From contig JAIRMT010000013.1 of NCBI GenBank assembly GCA_031258505.1, forward strand, positions 1 through 47,969: a stretch of DNA of 47,969 bases, read 5' to 3'. The notes beneath the pieces are model-generated. The model made no database searches and was not told where the DNA came from. It worked only from the letters and a program-made list of their open reading frames with translations. Source of the stretch: Treponema sp. (GTDB taxonomy: Bacteria > Spirochaetota > Spirochaetia > Treponematales > Breznakiellaceae). Both the position numbers and the translations under genes were made by a program. Shown in pieces: positions 9,652-19,312 of the stretch (positions are counted from its first letter, which is position 1; each line of letters begins with the position of its first letter).

Positions 9652-10460
9652 GGATTGAACGCCCAGTTCCTTTAGGAACTAACGCCTAGTTCCTTAGGGG
9701 AACTAACACCTAGTTCCTCTAGGAACTAACACCTCGTTCCTCTAGGAACTAACACCTAGTTCCTTATGGGAACTAACACCTAGTTCCTTAGGGGAACTAA
9801 CACCTAGTTCCTCTAGGAACTAACACCTAGTTCCTTTAAGGAACTAACGCCTAGTTCCTTAGGGGAACTAACACCTCGTTCCTTAGGGGAACTAACGCCC
9901 AGTTCCTTAGGGGAACTAACGCCCAGTTCCTTTAGGAACTAACGCCTAGTTCCTTTAGGAACTAACACCCTGATCCTAGAGGAACTAACGCCTCGTTCCT
10001 TAGGGGAACTAACCGCTAGTTCCTTAGGGGAACTAACACCCTGATCCTCTAGGAACTGATACCTAGTTCCTTTAGGAACTAACACCTAGTTCCTCTAGGA
10101 ACTAACACCTAGTTCCTTATGGGAACTAACGCCTAGTTCCTTATGGGAACTAACGCCTAGTTCCTTATAGGAACTAACGCCTAGTTCCTTATGGGAACTA
10201 ACACCCTGATCCTCTAGGAACTAACACCCTGATCCTCTAGGAACTAACGCCCAGTTCCTTTAGGAACTAACCGCTAGTTCCTCTAGGAACTAACCACTAG
10301 TTCCTCTAGGAACTAACGCCTAGTTCCTTATGGGAACTAACACCTAGTTCCTCTAGGAACTAACACCTCGTTCCTTATGGGAACTAACACCTCGTTCCTT
10401 ATGGGAACTAACACCCTGATCCTCTAGGAACTAACACCCTGATCCTCTAGGAACTAACAC
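9652..10460. repeat. Tandem array of about 34 palindromic units with a 23-24 bp period
   Basis: The unit is GGAACTAAC[A/G]CC[T/C][A/C]GTTCC plus a 4-5 nt linker (TTTA, TCTA, TTAGG, TTATG). I counted 33 full units plus degenerate ends. TAG/TAA stops occur in every unit, and the ORF track has no ORF of 60 aa or more across it. Confidence 0.95.
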
Positions 10461-10524
10461 AGTCGGCGTGGCGACCTTCATTTTTGAGTAAGGTTGTTAC
10501 CTTTTCGATATTTTGGGGGAATGG

Positions 10525-10643
10525 TAACTCATGTTACGCAGGAAGAAAAAATGGTAAGAATTGGTCATCGAATGGACGCTAATATACGCGAATAGGTCAT
10601 TTCTCTAAAGAAGATTCGCGTTCATTCGCGTAATTCGATGATC
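10525..10643. repeat. Right copy of the inverted repeat of at least 119 bp (partner 1..119)
   Basis: See feature 1..119. It lies between the palindromic array and the ispG stop. Confidence 0.85.
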
Positions 10644-10688
10644 TTTTTCTTTCCGGTGCGTAAGGTGAATGGTAAGTCAGAATTTGAA

Positions 10689-11801
10689 CTATCTTTTCGC
10701 GCCAGCTTCCCCCAGCATTTCCCGCCACGCCTCGTCCGCGTCCCTTGCGTCTATCGTGCGCAGCAGTTCCCCGCGCCGGAACAACATTACCTTGTCGCCA
10801 ACGCCCGTGATGCCGAGGTCTGCCGAGCGCGCCTCGCCGGGGCCGTTCACTACGCACCCCATTACCGCGATGGTCAGCGGCTTGTCCAGCGCGTATAGCG
10901 TGGTTTTCCAGCGCTCGGTGAAGGCGTGCGTGTCAAAGCTGTTTCTGCCGCAGCGGGGACACGAGATGATTGTTACGCCATTGCGCGGAACACGGTCAGA
11001 GGCTAGGGTGGCGAGGATTTCTCTGGCGGCAATGACTTCGTTCTCCATCGTGTCAGAGAGCGAGACACGGATTGTATCGCCGATGCCGGTGGAAAGCAGC
11101 GAGTGCAGGGCAATGGTGTTCCGTACCACACCAGCGATGAGGGGACCGGCTTCAGTAACGCCGATGTGGAGTGGCGCGTCAGTGCGGTCGGCAAGGAGGC
11201 GGTTTGCGGCGATGGTGTCAGAGACAGAAGAGGCTTTCATTGAGACGAGTACCTTGTCAAAGGCGAAGTCGCGGAAGATGGCAAGTTCACGTTCTGCGGC
11301 CTGTACCAGCGCTTCCACACGGCTGAGACGCTTTTCGTCAACCTGAATGTGGAGGTCTTGCGGCAGACTTCCAGCGTTCAAGCCAATACGGATGGGGACG
11401 CCTGCGGCGGCGGCTTTCTCCAGCACTTGGGCGGTTTTGTCTTTGCCACCGATGTTACCGGGGTTCAGGCGGATTTTGGCTATTGGGAAGTCAAGGCAGC
11501 GAAGCGCGATTTTGTAGTTGAAGTGTATGTCTGCTACCAGCGGCATGGAGACCATGCCAGCCAGGGTTCCTATGACTTCGGCGGCGTCCATGTCTGGCAC
11601 GGCAAAACGCAATAAGCCGCATCCCATGTCTTGTAATGCGGCTATGCGTTTGACGATGGCTTCGCCAGATGCGCCTTCGATGTCCGTAAAATGAAGGCGG
11701 TCTTTCCACATCGTTTGTATAACGATGGGTAGACCGCCGCCGATAGAAACGGCAGAGACGTTTGCTCTGCCGCCTATTGTTATGGTTCGGGAAAGCCGCA
11801 C
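10689..11801 (-). CDS. ispG: 4-hydroxy-3-methylbut-2-en-1-yl diphosphate synthase (MEP pathway)
   Basis: 370 aa. It has the typical IspG N-terminus (IGG..PI.IQTM), the NPGNIG motif and a C-terminal [4Fe-4S] CPRCGR...GCVVNGPGE. It starts 6 nt after the V-ATPase K gene. Confidence 0.92.
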   Translation of the reverse strand: MRLSRTITIGGRANVSAVSIGGGLPIVIQTMWKDRLHFTDIEGASGEAIVKRIAALQDMGCGLLRFAVPDMDAAEVIGTLAGMVSMPLVADIHFNYKIALRCLDFPIAKIRLNPGNIGGKDKTAQVLEKAAAAGVPIRIGLNAGSLPQDLHIQVDEKRLSRVEALVQAAERELAIFRDFAFDKVLVSMKASSVSDTIAANRLLADRTDAPLHIGVTEAGPLIAGVVRNTIALHSLLSTGIGDTIRVSLSDTMENEVIAAREILATLASDRVPRNGVTIISCPRCGRNSFDTHAFTERWKTTLYALDKPLTIAVMGCVVNGPGEARSADLGITGVGDKVMLFRRGELLRTIDARDADEAWREMLGEAGAKR

Positions 11802-11807
11802 GGTTTG

Positions 11808-12239
11808 CTAGAGGCTGACCATTGAGAGTACCATCGCAAAGAGCGCGACGGTTTCGCAGATGCCGACAACCGAGATGTACTGTGCAAAGCCCTTACCGGT
11901 TTCGCCCTGTGCATCGGAGGCTGCAGCGCCTGCCTGACCCTGCGCGATTGCCGAGAATGCCATTGCCAGACCTGAGCCGATACCAAAGCCTAAGTAGAGC
12001 CAGCCTTGGTCAGGGTTTGCCAGCGCTGCAGCTTTTATCTGACCCATGAGAATGAACCCGTAAAACGTCTGGGTTAAGGGTGCGCCAGCAAAGGTAACCA
12101 GTGTCATGGGTGCGGGTTTGTTGGCAATGTAACACCGCTTCCACGCGCCTATTGCCGATTGCCCGGCAATGCCGATACCGATTGCTGAACCTATTGCCGC
12201 AATACCCATTACAAGACCTGCGCCTAATAATCCTAACAT
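11808..12239 (-). CDS. ntpK: V-type ATPase proteolipid subunit K
   Basis: 143 aa, glycine/alanine-rich, four predicted TM helices. It is the last gene of the V-ATPase operon. Confidence 0.88.
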   Translation of the reverse strand: MLGLLGAGLVMGIAAIGSAIGIGIAGQSAIGAWKRCYIANKPAPMTLVTFAGAPLTQTFYGFILMGQIKAAALANPDQGWLYLGFGIGSGLAMAFSAIAQGQAGAAASDAQGETGKGFAQYISVVGICETVALFAMVLSMVSL

Positions 12240-12309
12240 GTTAAACTCCTTCTATAATCTGCAAGTTTAAAGCTTGGTAAAGACTTGGCTTTACCAGAAA
12301 CTCATTGCA

Positions 12310-14148
12310 TTAAATTTTAACCGTTTTACCAAACGGTTTATACATAAAGCCTGACCAGGTAAGCCCTAAATGCCCGGAGAATTCTAGGGTATTCAGCCGC
12401 ACACCGTGAACAAGCACCGACAACACATTGAGTACGACATTCAAGCCATGCCCAAAGACTAAAAGAATGATGCCCATAAAGATTAAAAAGTTTCCTAAGA
12501 GGGGGCCTGCCATAGTATTCACGGTCGATGAAATCGACGCGCCAGCAAGCCCTACAGCCCAGAGACGGATGTAGGACATGATGTCCGAGAACACGTTAGT
12601 AATGCCCAGTACCACTGAGATGATGTTCTTAAAACTGTACAAGATGGACTGCCCCAGATTGCCCTCATAACCAGCGAACACAAACGTAAGGAAGAAGCCG
12701 CCGCCTAAGAGGTACAGCGACGCTGGCAAAAGGGGTATCTGCCGGTAGCTGTTACTGACCACGAGGAAAAGCACAAGGTTGAACATTCCGATGAGCATGG
12801 CAAGGGAGCCTAGTTCAGCGAACAGTTTTAAGGACTTGATGTTGCGAAAGAAACCTTTGATGTGCGCAATGCCGAGTTGCAGGAGCGCAAGTGAGAAACA
12901 GAAGATTTGCAGGTTTTGATCAACGATAGCCTTTTGCGCCACGCCTTTTGCCGCTTCCGCACTGGAAAGCGCTGGTAACGAGATACTTCGCAGGATTTCT
13001 GGCAGCTTCGCCGCATCAATGCCGAACCATGTGCAGGTAATAATACCCCAGGCGATATTGGATAGGCTGAGTAGTCCCAGCATTTTAAGCGCGGCGGGAA
13101 CGCCTTGAGCCGCAGTCTTGGCAATACCGATGATGGCGATAATACCAAGTATCGCGCCATAGCCTGCATCCCCGAAAATCATGCCGAAAAATATGCAGAA
13201 GAACAGCAGGAACCAGCCAGATATGTCTACTTCACGGTAGCCCGGCACTACTTCTAGGAAGTCGGTGAGCGGGTAGATGAGGCTGGCGAGTTTGTTGTTC
13301 TTGAGCAGGGTCGGTACTGCATCTTCTTCGGACGGGTCGGCTATTGCCAATGCCCAGCCGTTTTCGGCGGCGGCGCGTTTCAGCACGCCAACGTCGTCCT
13401 TTGGCGCAAAACCAGTGAGCCAGGAAATGCCTGTGCTAAGGGAATTTGCGCCCGGGCTAACGCTGTCCATGCTTGCCTTCGCGGTTTCAAACTCAATGTT
13501 TCGCGCCAGGGTCTTTAGCTCGTCCTCAATACTGTTTTTATGAGCGGCAAGCATTGCAAAGCGTTTCTCAAGGTCTGCCAGTTTTGTCTGAATGTTCTTT
13601 ATGAGCGTGCGCATTTCAGACAGAGATTTTTCGGGCAGGGCAAAGGGCGTCTCACCGGTGATTTCGTGATCCAGCGCCACGCCGTATACCTTAACCTTGT
13701 CCCGAAACAGGGTAATAAAACGCTGTTCTTTGTCCAGAGACTCATACGCCTTGTAGGACAATTCATAGGGGATAAGAGTGAGTCCCTGCTTGACCAGCTC
13801 TTTCAAGGCAGCGGGGTTGAAATCCCCCCACTTCTCAACGCGGCTCTCTTCTTTGCCAAGCGACAAAACCTGTTCCTGAAGCGTCTTCTTTTCGTTGTCC
13901 ATACCCAAGACCTCGGTAACTAGGTCTGAGATAGACGCTTTTGAATCAGTTTCTGCGGCTTTATAAGACCGCAGAAGTCCGAGCGCTGTTTCCGCCTTTG
14001 CCTTGCGGTCGAGCTGCTTTGAGAGACCGTCGCTGGCAACAGGACGCGACTCAATGTGCAACAAGCCCAAGTCACGGAGTTTGGCAAGCGATGCGTCGCG
14101 GGTTTTATCCATAACCACGATGGAGATTTTCTTCATTGGTACTATCAT
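12310..14148 (-). CDS. ntpI: V-type ATPase subunit I (membrane stator/a-subunit)
   Basis: 612 aa with a soluble N-terminal half and a polytopic C-terminal half. Operon position is between D and K. Confidence 0.88.
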   Translation of the reverse strand: MIVPMKKISIVVMDKTRDASLAKLRDLGLLHIESRPVASDGLSKQLDRKAKAETALGLLRSYKAAETDSKASISDLVTEVLGMDNEKKTLQEQVLSLGKEESRVEKWGDFNPAALKELVKQGLTLIPYELSYKAYESLDKEQRFITLFRDKVKVYGVALDHEITGETPFALPEKSLSEMRTLIKNIQTKLADLEKRFAMLAAHKNSIEDELKTLARNIEFETAKASMDSVSPGANSLSTGISWLTGFAPKDDVGVLKRAAAENGWALAIADPSEEDAVPTLLKNNKLASLIYPLTDFLEVVPGYREVDISGWFLLFFCIFFGMIFGDAGYGAILGIIAIIGIAKTAAQGVPAALKMLGLLSLSNIAWGIITCTWFGIDAAKLPEILRSISLPALSSAEAAKGVAQKAIVDQNLQIFCFSLALLQLGIAHIKGFFRNIKSLKLFAELGSLAMLIGMFNLVLFLVVSNSYRQIPLLPASLYLLGGGFFLTFVFAGYEGNLGQSILYSFKNIISVVLGITNVFSDIMSYIRLWAVGLAGASISSTVNTMAGPLLGNFLIFMGIILLVFGHGLNVVLNVLSVLVHGVRLNTLEFSGHLGLTWSGFMYKPFGKTVKI

Positions 14149-14747
14149 TGGGCAGCCCTCTGCATACCACGTTTGGCGATCTTGCCGCGAACCACTGCCG
14201 CAGTCTGCTGATCACCGAGGTATACCTGAATTTTCTTGATATTCCCTGTAGTTTCGGGAATCTTGATCTTCTCAAACAGGTTGACTCGCTGAGTCGTTAC
14301 CCGCAGTTCATGCTCCAGCCGCTTGCGCTGTTCCTCGAGGGTCTGCGCCTCAAGGTCAAGCAAGAGTACCTGCTTCATGCGCTCCACAGCTGCGTCAAGC
14401 CAGAGCGGGGTACGGACGAGGTCGTAAGGCGTGATTTCAAAGTCAGCGCCATGAAAGACAGGGATTGTTACGCCCGCAATGTTTCCCTCAGAAGTCCGCA
14501 GACTGGTGATTCGGAGTATGTCTGGGGTGAAAAAGCCCTTCTCGCCGTAGACCGCGATCCATGCCTTGAAGGTTTCATCAATCCGCTTTTTTTCGTCGAG
14601 CAGTTCTTTGATACGCGACTCTGTGGTTCTGATTTCTGCCTGAAGCTGTTGTTTCTTGAGCATGAGCGTAGGCAGATAACGCTGAAACATTTTCAGCGAA
14701 TCTTTCTGCTTTTTAAGCTCATTCTTCGTCAGCTTGATCTTTGCCAT
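14145..14747 (-). CDS. ntpD: V-type ATPase subunit D
   Basis: 200 aa, with a coiled-coil N-terminus (KLTKNELKKQKDSLKMFQRYLPTL). It overlaps the start of subunit I. Confidence 0.88.
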   Translation of the reverse strand: MAKIKLTKNELKKQKDSLKMFQRYLPTLMLKKQQLQAEIRTTESRIKELLDEKKRIDETFKAWIAVYGEKGFFTPDILRITSLRTSEGNIAGVTIPVFHGADFEITPYDLVRTPLWLDAAVERMKQVLLLDLEAQTLEEQRKRLEHELRVTTQRVNLFEKIKIPETTGNIKKIQVYLGDQQTAAVVRGKIAKRGMQRAAQ

Positions 14748-14754
14748 GGCGACC

Positions 14755-16053
14755 TCAGTTCTTCTTGGGCCAGAACTGGTTGATCAGTTCAGTCCGCAGG
14801 CCGGTTTCTTCTGGTGTGAAGCAATCGGCGAGGATTTCCCACCCCTGGTCCAGGGCGTGTTCCAGCGGGATGTTAACCGAAAGGTCCATCATCTTGCTTT
14901 CAAAATGCTCGCCGTATTTAAGGAGCTTCTCATCCCAGTTGGTCATCATAAAGCCCATGGCCTTTTTCTCAAGCGTGTCCTTGTACGCGGCGTAGAGCCG
15001 AATCATGCCGTCCATGATAGCGCGGTGGTCCTTGCGGGTCTTGTTGTTTACCTGCTGTTTTAAGCGCGACAACGAACCAAACGGTTCAATGCGCCCGTTC
15101 TTCAGGTAGTACTGGCCTTCGGTGATATAACCTGTGTTATCCGGCACCGGATGGGTTACATCGTCACCAGGCATCGTGGTTACGCCAAGAACGGTAATGG
15201 AACCAGCAGTATCGAAGTCAACCGCTTTTTCGTAACGGGACGCGAGTTGGCTGTAAAGGTCGCCTGGATAACCACGGTTTGACGGAACCTGCTCCTGTAT
15301 AATGGAGATTTCTTTCATGGCATCGGCGAAGTTCGTCATGTCGGTCAAGAGGACCAGCACATCCTTGCCCTGCAAGGCGAACTGCTCGGCAACCGCCAGC
15401 GACATATCGGGGATCATGAGGCACTCGACAGTGGGGTCGCTCGCCGTATGCACAAACATCACGGTGCGGGAAAGCGCGCCCCCTTCCTCCAGTGTATCCT
15501 TGAAAAACAGATAGTCATCATACTTTAGACCCATTCCGCCTAAAATGATAACGTCAACCTCAGCCTGCATTGCGATACGCGCCAAGAGTTCGTTGTACGG
15601 TTCACCAGACACCGAGAAGATTGGCAGTTTCTGGGAAACGACCAGCGTGTTAAACATGTCTATCATGGGGATACCGGTACGGATCATACGGCGTGGGATG
15701 ATGCGCTGCGCAGGATTCACCGACGGCCCCCCGATGGGTATCAGATTCTCGTGGAGCGCCGGTCCCCTGTCGCGGGGAGCGCCTGAACCGGAGAACACGC
15801 GCCCCATGAGGTTGTCAGAGAACGAGACCTGCATGGGGTGTCCGAGGAAGCGTACCGTGTCGCCGGTAGAGATACCGCGCCCGCCCGCGAACACTTGCAG
15901 GGAAACGATGTCGTTTTCCAGTCGGTTTACCTCGGCAAGGGATATGCCGAAAGCAGTGTCAACTTCCGCGAGGTCGCCGTAGCGAATGCCCTCGGCTTTC
16001 ACCGTAATAACGCTACCGGTGATGGATTCTATCTTGCTATATACCTTTTTCAT
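14755..16053 (-). CDS. ntpB: V-type ATPase subunit B
   Basis: 432 aa, non-catalytic A/B-family nucleotide-binding fold. Confidence 0.92.
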   Translation of the reverse strand: MKKVYSKIESITGSVITVKAEGIRYGDLAEVDTAFGISLAEVNRLENDIVSLQVFAGGRGISTGDTVRFLGHPMQVSFSDNLMGRVFSGSGAPRDRGPALHENLIPIGGPSVNPAQRIIPRRMIRTGIPMIDMFNTLVVSQKLPIFSVSGEPYNELLARIAMQAEVDVIILGGMGLKYDDYLFFKDTLEEGGALSRTVMFVHTASDPTVECLMIPDMSLAVAEQFALQGKDVLVLLTDMTNFADAMKEISIIQEQVPSNRGYPGDLYSQLASRYEKAVDFDTAGSITVLGVTTMPGDDVTHPVPDNTGYITEGQYYLKNGRIEPFGSLSRLKQQVNNKTRKDHRAIMDGMIRLYAAYKDTLEKKAMGFMMTNWDEKLLKYGEHFESKMMDLSVNIPLEHALDQGWEILADCFTPEETGLRTELINQFWPKKN

Positions 16054-16063
16054 CTATGCCACC

Positions 16064-17824
16064 CTATGCCAAAAGTTTTTCCACTGTCTTATCCAGACCC
16101 TGGGAACGCTCAGTTACCGCGTCTGTGATTTCTTTTTCAAGAAGCTTGAACTCCTCACTCTTCCAAGGCGTGCCATTGTAATCCAGGAACTTCTGCCGCA
16201 GATGGTTAAACCATGTACGCGCCTCAGCTTTCTCTGTGAAAGTAAGCTTTGACCCCAGGATTTGCAGAATGACAAGGAAGATGTGATTCTGCCGCTCAGG
16301 ACTGACCGCAGAGTCAACCGGATTAAATGAATCCTGCTGCATATACACCGCATCAAGGAAATCGCCCTTGAGGTACACGATGTAGTCGTCAAGACTCGTT
16401 CCCTCCTCACCCACGACTTTCATCATTTGCTCGATCTCGCTCCCGCGATGGATAAAACTGTAAGCGTACCATACGCGCTTTGGGTCAATCGTGCTTTTGT
16501 ACTTTGACCACGAATCCAGCGGGTGAATAGCCGGGTACTTGCGGGCGTCGGAACGCTCACGCGACAGTCCATGAAATGCACCCACGACTTTCAGCGTTGC
16601 CTGCGTTACCGGCTCCTCGAAGTTACCGCCAGCGGGACTGACCGTACCGCCAATGGTAACTGACCCCAGCGCCCCGTCCTTGAGCCGTACCAGCCCTGCC
16701 CGCTCGTAAAAGCTGGCAATGGTTGATTCAAGGTAGGCGGGAAAAGCCTCCTCTCCAGGAATTTCTTCTAGGCGTCCTGACATTTCGCGCATAGCCTGCG
16801 CCCAGCGGCTTGTTGAGTCAGCCAGCAAGAGAATGTGCAAGCCCATCTGCCGATAGTATTCGGCAAGCGTTACCGCCGTGTACACCGATGCTTCACGCGC
16901 TGCGACAGGCATGGACGATGTGTTACAGATGATCACGGTGCGTTCCATAAGGGAACGGCCTGTTTTGGGATCAATAAGTTCCGGGAACTCTTTGAGGGTT
17001 TCCACGACCTCACCAGCGCGCTCGCCACAGGCCGCGACAATCACAATGTCCACATCCGCGTTACGGCTGGTAACGTGCTGGATAACGGTCTTGCCCGCGC
17101 CGAATGGTCCGGGGATACAGTAGGTTCCGCCACGCGCCACAGGGAAGAAGGTGTCGATGAGCCGGAGCTTCGTCAACATCGGGTCTTCCGGCTTGAGCCG
17201 TTCCTCGTAACAGTCAATCGCGCGCTTCACTGGCCAGTGAAACGACATTGTTACAGGAATTGTGTTACCCTTACCATCGCTCAGTTCCGCGATGGTCTCG
17301 CGTATTGTGTATGAACCCGCCGCTTTTATTGACGAAACGGTATACGAGCCATACATGGTGAATGGCACCATAATGCGGTGGGTAAAAGCGCCTTCCGGCA
17401 CGGTTCCCAGCGTATCGGCACGTTCCACATGGTCGCCGACCTTTGCTATGGGCGTGAAATCCCACTTACGGTCATCTGACAGGGGGTCAAGATAAATCCC
17501 CCGCTCCAGAAAGTATCCGGCGGTTTCGGCCAGTTTAGGCAGAGGGTTTTGCAGACCGTCGTAGACCTGGCCCAGAAGCCCTGGACCCAATTCAACTGCC
17601 AGCATATTCCCTGAAAACTCAACCTCGTCTCCGATAGCGATCCCCTTGGTGATCTCGAACACCTGCATCTGGGATATATCGCCCCGAATACGGATAACCT
17701 CGCCCTTGAGCCTTTTGTCCTCAACCTTGACATAGCCGACTTCATTCATGGAGACGGCACTGTCGAAGCGGACGCTCACCATATTGCCGTTAACGGCGAC
17801 AATTTTTCCTTTGGTTCCGGTCAT
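16064..17824 (-). CDS. ntpA: V-type ATPase catalytic subunit A
   Basis: 586 aa. It has the Walker A motif GPFGAGKTV and the non-homologous insert typical of A subunits. Confidence 0.93.
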   Translation of the reverse strand: MTGTKGKIVAVNGNMVSVRFDSAVSMNEVGYVKVEDKRLKGEVIRIRGDISQMQVFEITKGIAIGDEVEFSGNMLAVELGPGLLGQVYDGLQNPLPKLAETAGYFLERGIYLDPLSDDRKWDFTPIAKVGDHVERADTLGTVPEGAFTHRIMVPFTMYGSYTVSSIKAAGSYTIRETIAELSDGKGNTIPVTMSFHWPVKRAIDCYEERLKPEDPMLTKLRLIDTFFPVARGGTYCIPGPFGAGKTVIQHVTSRNADVDIVIVAACGERAGEVVETLKEFPELIDPKTGRSLMERTVIICNTSSMPVAAREASVYTAVTLAEYYRQMGLHILLLADSTSRWAQAMREMSGRLEEIPGEEAFPAYLESTIASFYERAGLVRLKDGALGSVTIGGTVSPAGGNFEEPVTQATLKVVGAFHGLSRERSDARKYPAIHPLDSWSKYKSTIDPKRVWYAYSFIHRGSEIEQMMKVVGEEGTSLDDYIVYLKGDFLDAVYMQQDSFNPVDSAVSPERQNHIFLVILQILGSKLTFTEKAEARTWFNHLRQKFLDYNGTPWKSEEFKLLEKEITDAVTERSQGLDKTVEKLLA

Positions 17825-17827
17825 TTG

Positions 17828-18406
17828 TTATTTCTCCACACCTTTTGAGGCAGACGCCAGAATAGCGTCATAAAGCCCCTTGTATTCTGCGAAGCCCTCT
17901 TCAACCTTGAACGCAGCCCTTCGTTCCATGAGGAGCAGCTTGAGAAGATAGGCATATATCATATTAACACTGAACGAGTCCAGTCCCTGCCTGGCCTCGA
18001 TAGCGTTCCACCGCGCCTGATCAATGAACAGCTCTGCTTCCAGCGGCGATTCCAGCGCGAAAGCAGCCTTTGCCGCCAGTGCCGCGTCAGCCGGAGAGTC
18101 CGGCGGCTCTATCGACGCGCCATTGTCCCGCTTCTGGGCGCGATACCGCGCGAGATTGAGGCGCAGGGTACGCTCCCAAGCTCGCCATTCATTGATAAAA
18201 CGCGACGAAGTAGGCGCAGGCGGTTCCACGTAACTTTTTTCTTGGTCAGCGCCATGTTCCGGGTCTAGCGAACACCCGTCAAGCAGAGCCGCATCTCCAG
18301 CACTGAGCGCATGAGCGCAAAGCGCTCTAAACGCCTGTGAAGACATGGGCGACTGCTGTCCATAGACCAGATAGGGAAGCTGGGCGACTAGATAGTAATA
18401 AGCCAC
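17828..18406 (-). CDS. DUF2764-like protein (C-subunit-like accessory of Bacteroidetes/spirochaete-type V-ATPase operons)
   Basis: 192 aa with N-terminal YYYLVAQLPYL. Its position between E and A matches the E-DUF2764-A-B-D-I-K operon layout. Confidence 0.7.
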   Translation of the reverse strand: MAYYYLVAQLPYLVYGQQSPMSSQAFRALCAHALSAGDAALLDGCSLDPEHGADQEKSYVEPPAPTSSRFINEWRAWERTLRLNLARYRAQKRDNGASIEPPDSPADAALAAKAAFALESPLEAELFIDQARWNAIEARQGLDSFSVNMIYAYLLKLLLMERRAAFKVEEGFAEYKGLYDAILASASKGVEK

Positions 18407-18409
18407 CGC

Positions 18410-19051
18410 TTAGGTTCCCACAGAATTAGCAACTTTGTTGCCGACGCTTACAGCGCTGCTAAGGATCGCCGCCAGCCGCGGGTTAAGGTAGGCGGAGAGT
18501 AGTTCTGCAACCGACTCGGCGGAGAAGTCGTAGTAAGCAGAGCCATCTTTGTTGGCGATACGGAAACCTGCGCCCAGTTTCCGATCTGATTTGAGTTCAA
18601 CGCCTTTTTTCAGCTCAACGCTGAGTTTGTCATTGAACCAGTCCTGGAGCTTCTTGAGGTCTGCCTCGCTAACAATGATGTCTAGCGTGTCGCCGCCCTT
18701 GCTTGCCCAAGCCTTCAAAATCTCAGGGAGCGTTGCTTTCAAAGCATCCTCGGTATAGGATGCGGCGAGCTCCCTCGCCACAATCTTCTCCAGCAATGCT
18801 GTGATTTCCGCCTTGAATGCCAGTACAAGGTTCCGTGACGCCTGCTCCAGCGCTGCGACGCCGGCTTTCTCTGAGCGTTCAGCGTCAGCCTTACTTTTGG
18901 CGATGATGGCGTCCGCTTCTTTCTGCGCGGCCTCGATAATACGTTTAGCCTCGCCCTCGGCTTGAGACTTGAGTTTAGCGGCCTCAGTTGCCGCACCCTC
19001 AATCCCGTCCTTCTTTATCCTATCGATCAATTCCTGAAGTTGAATGTCCAT
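18410..19051 (-). CDS. ntpE: V-type ATPase subunit E
   Basis: 213 aa with a charged coiled-coil N-terminus rich in A/E/K. It is the first gene of the operon. Confidence 0.85.
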   Translation of the reverse strand: MDIQLQELIDRIKKDGIEGAATEAAKLKSQAEGEAKRIIEAAQKEADAIIAKSKADAERSEKAGVAALEQASRNLVLAFKAEITALLEKIVARELAASYTEDALKATLPEILKAWASKGGDTLDIIVSEADLKKLQDWFNDKLSVELKKGVELKSDRKLGAGFRIANKDGSAYYDFSAESVAELLSAYLNPRLAAILSSAVSVGNKVANSVGT

Positions 19052-19312
19052 ACACTCCTCTTTATTGTTATAGTATTTTAAAAAGATAGTACAGTTTGTT
19101 CAAGCCTTATTCTATAGTTTTTTATATAATTTAGTATATATCGTTGCATTACTTCTGCATTGATATATTCCGATATAGGAGATAACTTTTACAAAGAAAA
19201 CGCTTTTAGAGATCGCGTCGGCAATGGTGCCGGTAGCGTATTTGTTTATATTCTTAGAATTAAAAAGTTTTCTAAGGAATTTTCCTTAAGCATTTCCTCG
19301 GAAAGGGACACT

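Noticed and set aside
9652-10460. The regularly spaced repeat array could be a CRISPR locus.
   Set aside because: The segments between conserved cores are only 4-5 nt long and drawn from about 5 recurring variants, so there are no unique 25-40 nt spacers. The unit is itself a palindrome chained to its neighbours. No cas genes are in the window.
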